Origin: Selaginella moellendorffii
Taxonomy: Eukaryota > Plantae > Lycopodiophyta
Length of the DNA: 64,000 nt
Direction of reading: 5' to 3'
NCBI RefSeq assembly: GCF_000143415.4
Contig: NW_003314352.1
Location: forward strand, 1 to 64,000
The notes under the pieces were generated by a model. The model was not told the DNA's origin. It ran no database searches and was given only the letters and a program-made list of their open reading frames with translations. The position numbers and the translations under genes are program-made. The stretch's first letter is position 1; the number at the start of each line of letters is the position of its first letter. Shown here one piece after another: positions 62,944 to 64,000 of this stretch.

Positions 62944-64000
62944 TGTAATCCACAAATTTTTCCTTTTCACTTTGCCAGCTTACCTCGTTTATCCGTCCAA
63001 CACTACCTTGGTTTTTGCTAAGTTCCTTTGCCAAAGTTCCCGCCTATGGTACCAGTTCCTACTTGGTCCTACTTGGTTTCAGCTATTCACTACACAAGCA
63101 ACGGAGCATTAGTCACCCATCCACGGATTCCCAAATCTCTCCCAATCTCCCTCGCCGGGTTACATTGGACTTAAGGTTTGGTTATACTCCCTGCAAGCAC
63201 AAGTAGCTAAGCACACCAAGCCTCCAGGTTCCTAACATCCCTTGGTACCACAAGACTTGATCATGGGACCCTCTAAATCCCAAGTCTTAGGTGCAACCCT
63301 TGCTTGGGGATGCCGGGGCGAAACACCATGGCCTAATGGCCCGGTATGGGTACCTCTACCCCCCCACTTACATTCTGAAGGAAGGCCCAAGCCCCTAAGA
63401 AGGGTGAGGATCAATGAGCCACAATGTACTCAAGTGGGGCACCACTCCACATGAGCAGGGAGCACCGCAGTCGGTTTCCCTTTCGGGAGTGGGAGCTACT
63501 CTTGAGCACTTCCTTGGGTGGCCCTTCTAGCACCACCCGAGTCCATGCTCACTCCCACCCAAAGCCCCTCGGCCCCAGTCTCAACCTCAAGTTAGTTTGG
63601 AAGCCCCACTAAAGAGTTCCTTCAAGACTGGTTCTTGGACCTCACTATCCCTACTATACTTTTGGAACCCCCTACACCCCCCCCCCCCCCCCAGGATACG
63701 CACGCTTTGGGCTTTCACCCCTTGACCTGTATTAGTACTCGGACTCGGTCTCGGACTCGACTTTGGATTTGGTCTCGGACTTGATCTTGGACCCGATCTC
63801 GGACTCGACTTCGAACTCGACCTCAGACTTGGTCTTGAACCCGATCTCAGATCTCAGACTCCATCTCGAACTCAGTCTCCGAGTTGGCCTCGGACTCGAT
63901 TCCGAACTCCATCTCGAACTCGGTCTCAGAGTCAGTCTTGGACTTGATTTCAGACTCGATCCCATCCAATGAACTCTTTGTCATTTTGGTCATGCTTTCG
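62944..64000 (-). repeat. Family A LTR running off the right edge
   Basis: tgtaatccacaaatttt... collinear with 34295-35405. Confidence 0.9.

Overview
Eukaryotic (non-seed land plant, Selaginella/lycophyte-like by inference from ~50-60 bp introns, intergenic gaps of 40-110 bp and PLS-PPR genes with runs of short motifs) nuclear DNA in two very different halves. 1-12.6 kb is a hyper-compact gene block: PH-domain gene, PLS-E-DYW PPR, PLS PPR, CAF-1 large subunit (FAS1), GINS PSF3 and a GT31 beta-1,3-galactosyltransferase. From ~13 kb on it is a nested transposon/pseudogene island: a G-type lectin S-receptor kinase pseudogene, at least four LTR families (two Ty3/gypsy elements with readable gag-pol, a non-coding LTR element with 5-bp TSD, a solo LTR with TSD, a TRIM), a nearly intact Sola/DUF7869-like DDD transposase and a GCM/SWIM-type Mutator transposase split by an LTR insertion. 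Most notable observations: (1) about 16 dispersed copies of a 22-bp palindrome (ATGGCRTGNGGCCNCAYGCCAT) confined to the 28.3-35.8 kb transposase region; (2) a decayed, intron-containing ParB/Srx + beta-class DNA amino-methyltransferase-like gene broken by a microhomology-bounded inversion, with a second family member at 59 kb next to the Mutator transposase; (3) five abutting hairpins, two with tRNA T-loop/B-box loops, inside the non-coding LTR element; (4) a promoter-like core shared by otherwise dissimilar LTR families. All translations, alignments and folds were done by eye; no database searches were run.
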